Assembly: GCF_001194135.2 (NCBI RefSeq)
Contig: NC_068993.1
Coordinates: 28,286,165 to 28,350,164, forward strand
Direction of reading: 5' to 3'
Origin: Octopus bimaculoides
Taxonomy: Eukaryota
DNA length: 64,000 bases
Below the pieces are notes generated by a model. It saw nothing but the letters and a program-made list of their open reading frames with translations, made no database searches and was not told the origin of the DNA. Shown here one piece after another: positions 63,305 to 64,000 of this stretch (positions are counted from its first letter, which is position 1; each line of letters begins with the position of its first letter). The position numbers and the translations under genes are program-made.

Positions 63305-63540
63305 TATTCACAACCACCTGGTTTTGAGTTTAGCCCCACTGCATGGCATCTTAGGCAAGTGACTTCCACTATAGCACCAAGCCAACCAAAACCTGGGACC
63401 TGGATTTGAAAGACAGAAATTGAAAGAAGCCCATCATGTAAGTGCACACCTGTGTGTGTATTTGTGAGAGTAGGTGCGTGGATGTGTTTGTGATTCTTTG
63501 CCATCACATTGTCAGCAAGTGTCAACATTATGCAAGGTGT
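63305..63540 (-). mobile_element. tRNA-derived SINE (degraded)
   Basis: Reverse complement of the 44940 family head (cacttgcctaagatgccatgcagtgg). Confidence 0.75.
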
Positions 63541-63806
63541 TTCCAATCTTCTGTGAAAATATGTGTCAGTCATGGGGAAATATTTCCTTATTTGGAAACA
63601 GTCAGGGTTGACAACGGAAAGAACATCCAGCAATAGATAATATGCTTCAACAAATTACATCCCATGGGCATCGGAAAATGGATGTTAAAACAATGATGAT
63701 TAACATTATATGATTCTTGGTAGCAGGTGTCCAAGAGATTTATGGTCCATAATAATGCAGAACAGGTATTCAAGAAAATACAAATGGATTGTATGTGTAT
63801 ATGTGT

Positions 63807-64000
63807 TGTTACGAACGCCTGCACACGAAGCACCTCCTTAACCGAAGAGAGAACTCGCGTGCGCGCGAATGTCGAACGCTCAGTGAGTTAGCAGCTCGCC
63901 TCGGTCACTTGGCCAATAATAAGCCCCAGCTGGAGCACGCAACGAAGAACAACACAGGCAAAAGGAGGGGTGGAAGAAACAACACGAAAACCATGCGTTG
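63807..64000 (+). mobile_element. Possible 5' end of a young LTR or other CpG-rich insertion, truncated by the window
   Basis: Abrupt switch to GC/CpG-rich sequence beginning TGTTACG. Confidence 0.4.

Overview
AT-rich, microsatellite- and transposon-dense animal genomic DNA with seven N gaps. The repeat families (RTE LINE 3' tails ending in (GAT)n, tRNA-headed SINEs) resemble those I recall from octopus, which is an inference. One host gene is present: calnexin (CANX) on the minus strand, 5'-truncated by the window edge. I reconstructed 13 GT-AG exons between 62185 and 22310. They have consistent phases and give an open 408-aa C-terminal portion: end of lectin domain, full P-domain, TM helix, and an acidic tail ending [10 protein letters not shown]. 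The main observation is a second, diverged, frame-compatible copy of the transmembrane exon (39144-39290) lying 337 nt downstream of the canonical one. It looks like a mutually exclusive exon giving a calnexin isoform without the juxtamembrane palmitoylation cysteines. Also notable are several minimal (dimer-type) hammerhead ribozyme motifs, one of them in a tRNA-headed SINE-like element, and several long inverted repeats. The rest is degraded mobile DNA: Helitron, Penelope-like, RTE, RLE-type LINE, mariner/Tc1/pogo, Chapaev-like, Gypsy and SINEs.
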